A stretch of 64,000 bases of DNA, taken from the NCBI RefSeq assembly GCF_009914755.1, contig NC_060935.1; one strand, given 5' to 3'. The notes beneath the pieces are model-generated. The model had not been told where the DNA came from and searched no databases. It saw only the letters and a list, made by a program, of their open reading frames with translations. Positions 62,405-64,000 of the stretch are shown here, in pieces (position 1 is the stretch's first letter; the number at the start of each line of letters is the position of its first letter). The translations under genes and the position numbers were made by a program. This DNA comes from the human T2T-CHM13v2.0 reference genome, Homo sapiens.

Positions 62405-62683
62405 TATCTATTTTTTAACATTCGATTCTGTGAGCTCATGAGCCTAGACACGAGGCTAGGCAAGCGTCAAGTTCTCCTATCATTAGTATGAAAGTGGAAG
62501 ACCTTCTGACCTCTGCCTCTGGCCGGGAAGAAGTTGAGAGGGATGAGTCCCTTAGGCACAGCAGTGGATCTTATCAGTACTTTTTTTCCTATTAGACTTC
62601 GATTTTCAGAATTCCTCCTGGGAATGCTGACTCCTTGCTTGGTGCCCTGATGCTTCTCTGAGATAAACTGATGAATTGGAACC

Positions 62684-62745
62684 ATGGTGCAAAAGAAGAA
62701 GTTCTGTCCTCGGTTACTTGACTATCTAGTGATCGTAGGGGCCAG
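62684..62745 (+). CDS. MADD: MADD (MAP kinase activating death domain / Rab3 GEF) first coding exon (exon begins ~62596)
   Basis: accATGG Kozak; MVQKKKFCPRLLDYLVIVGAR; AG|gtaacc. Confidence 0.96.
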
Positions 62746-63331
62746 GTAACCAAGAAGAGATTGACTTTTGTCTTAATATCTGGGATAGCCATAAAATCTG
62801 CAGTTGTTCCCTTCTCCGATTTCCATGTTGCTTTGCATAGCTCATCTTCTCCTGTTATTTTACCCTGATGGGAGCATCGAAGCCAGTAGGGAAAAAACAA
62901 AATCAGGTGGATTGAAAGCAAAACCCTGCTCTTAACTAACATCTTCTTGATGTCGAGCAAATATACTCTTTATACCTCAGTTTTCTTATTTTGTAAAAAG
63001 AAAAAGTACATTATAAGCTACTCCTCTATGTATACTTTTTTGGTAATTTATTAGTTAATTCACTTTAAAAGATGTTAATCATCTTAAGGTGCCAGTGATA
63101 ATTTTATTGTCAAAATCTCCCCTTCGTTTCAGAATAGATGCCTTCATGACAGTGTAGACTTCACTTAGGTTACCAGCTCCATGCGGCAGGCAGCACCCAT
63201 ATTTTCCAAGGTGTTACAGTCAGGTTACTTTATCCAAAATAGCATCTTGAGCTTTATTTGTTGACTGTGGTTAAAATTTGATAGCCCATTCCATCCCTTC
63301 AGGCTGCTGAATTTGTCTTTATGTTCTTCAG

Positions 63332-63928
63332 GCACCCGAGCAGTGATAGCGTGGCCCAGACTCCTGAATTGCTACGGCGATACCCCTTGGAGGATCACAC
63401 TGAGTTTCCCCTGCCCCCAGATGTAGTGTTCTTCTGCCAGCCCGAGGGCTGCCTGAGCGTGCGGCAGCGGCGCATGAGCCTTCGGGATGATACCTCTTTT
63501 GTCTTCACCCTCACTGACAAGGACACTGGAGTCACGCGATATGGCATCTGTGTTAACTTCTACCGCTCCTTCCAAAAGCGAATCTCTAAGGAGAAGGGGG
63601 AAGGTGGGGCAGGGTCCCGTGGGAAGGAAGGAACCCATGCCACCTGTGCCTCAGAAGAGGGTGGCACTGAGAGCTCAGAGAGTGGCTCATCCCTGCAGCC
63701 TCTCAGTGCTGACTCTACCCCTGATGTGAACCAGTCTCCTCGGGGCAAACGCCGGGCCAAGGCGGGGAGCCGCTCCCGCAACAGTACTCTCACGTCCCTG
63801 TGCGTGCTCAGCCACTACCCTTTCTTCTCCACCTTCCGAGAGTGTTTGTATACTCTCAAGCGCCTGGTGGACTGCTGTAGTGAGCGCCTTCTGGGCAAGA
63901 AACTGGGCATCCCTCGAGGCGTACAAAG
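63332..63928 (+). CDS. MADD: MADD second coding exon (uDENN region); gene continues beyond the window
   Basis: [18 protein letters not shown]...VVFFCQPEG...FVFTLTDKD...YGIC (DENN signature); AG|gtacag. Confidence 0.97.
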
Positions 63929-64000
63929 GTACAGTTTGCTGCTGATGCCTAATGGGGGAAGCATTTAGAGATTCCATGTAATTGGTCTTTGAGGGGCATA

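Overview
Human genomic DNA, recognised from the encoded proteins as the chr11p11.2 cluster. It holds four tightly packed protein-coding genes. DDB2 (+ strand) has 10 coding exons, 427 aa, CDS 3888-27592. ACP2 (- strand) has 11 exons, 423 aa, CDS 37547-28859. NR1H3/LXR-alpha (+ strand) has 9 coding exons, 447 aa, CDS 47994-57466. MADD (+ strand) is present only as its 5' part, with the first two coding exons at 62684-63928. Every exon boundary was read from the sequence (GT-AG, consistent phases, lengths summing to the full proteins). Introns are extremely Alu-rich with L1/L2/MIR relics, and most short ORFs in the supplied track are Alu or microsatellite artefacts. I found no new prokaryote-type system. 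The most interesting signals are: a UGA-readthrough module with a hairpin at the ACP2 stop; an alternative NR1H3 coding first exon antisense to ACP2 exon 1; two in-frame retainable introns; uORFs in three genes; a 48-bp promoter duplicate with one-sided CpG decay; two copies of a tiny poly(A)-tailed retroposed element; and an apparently non-reference haplotype. Repeat boundaries are approximate. Literature and SNP identifiers are from memory and need checking.
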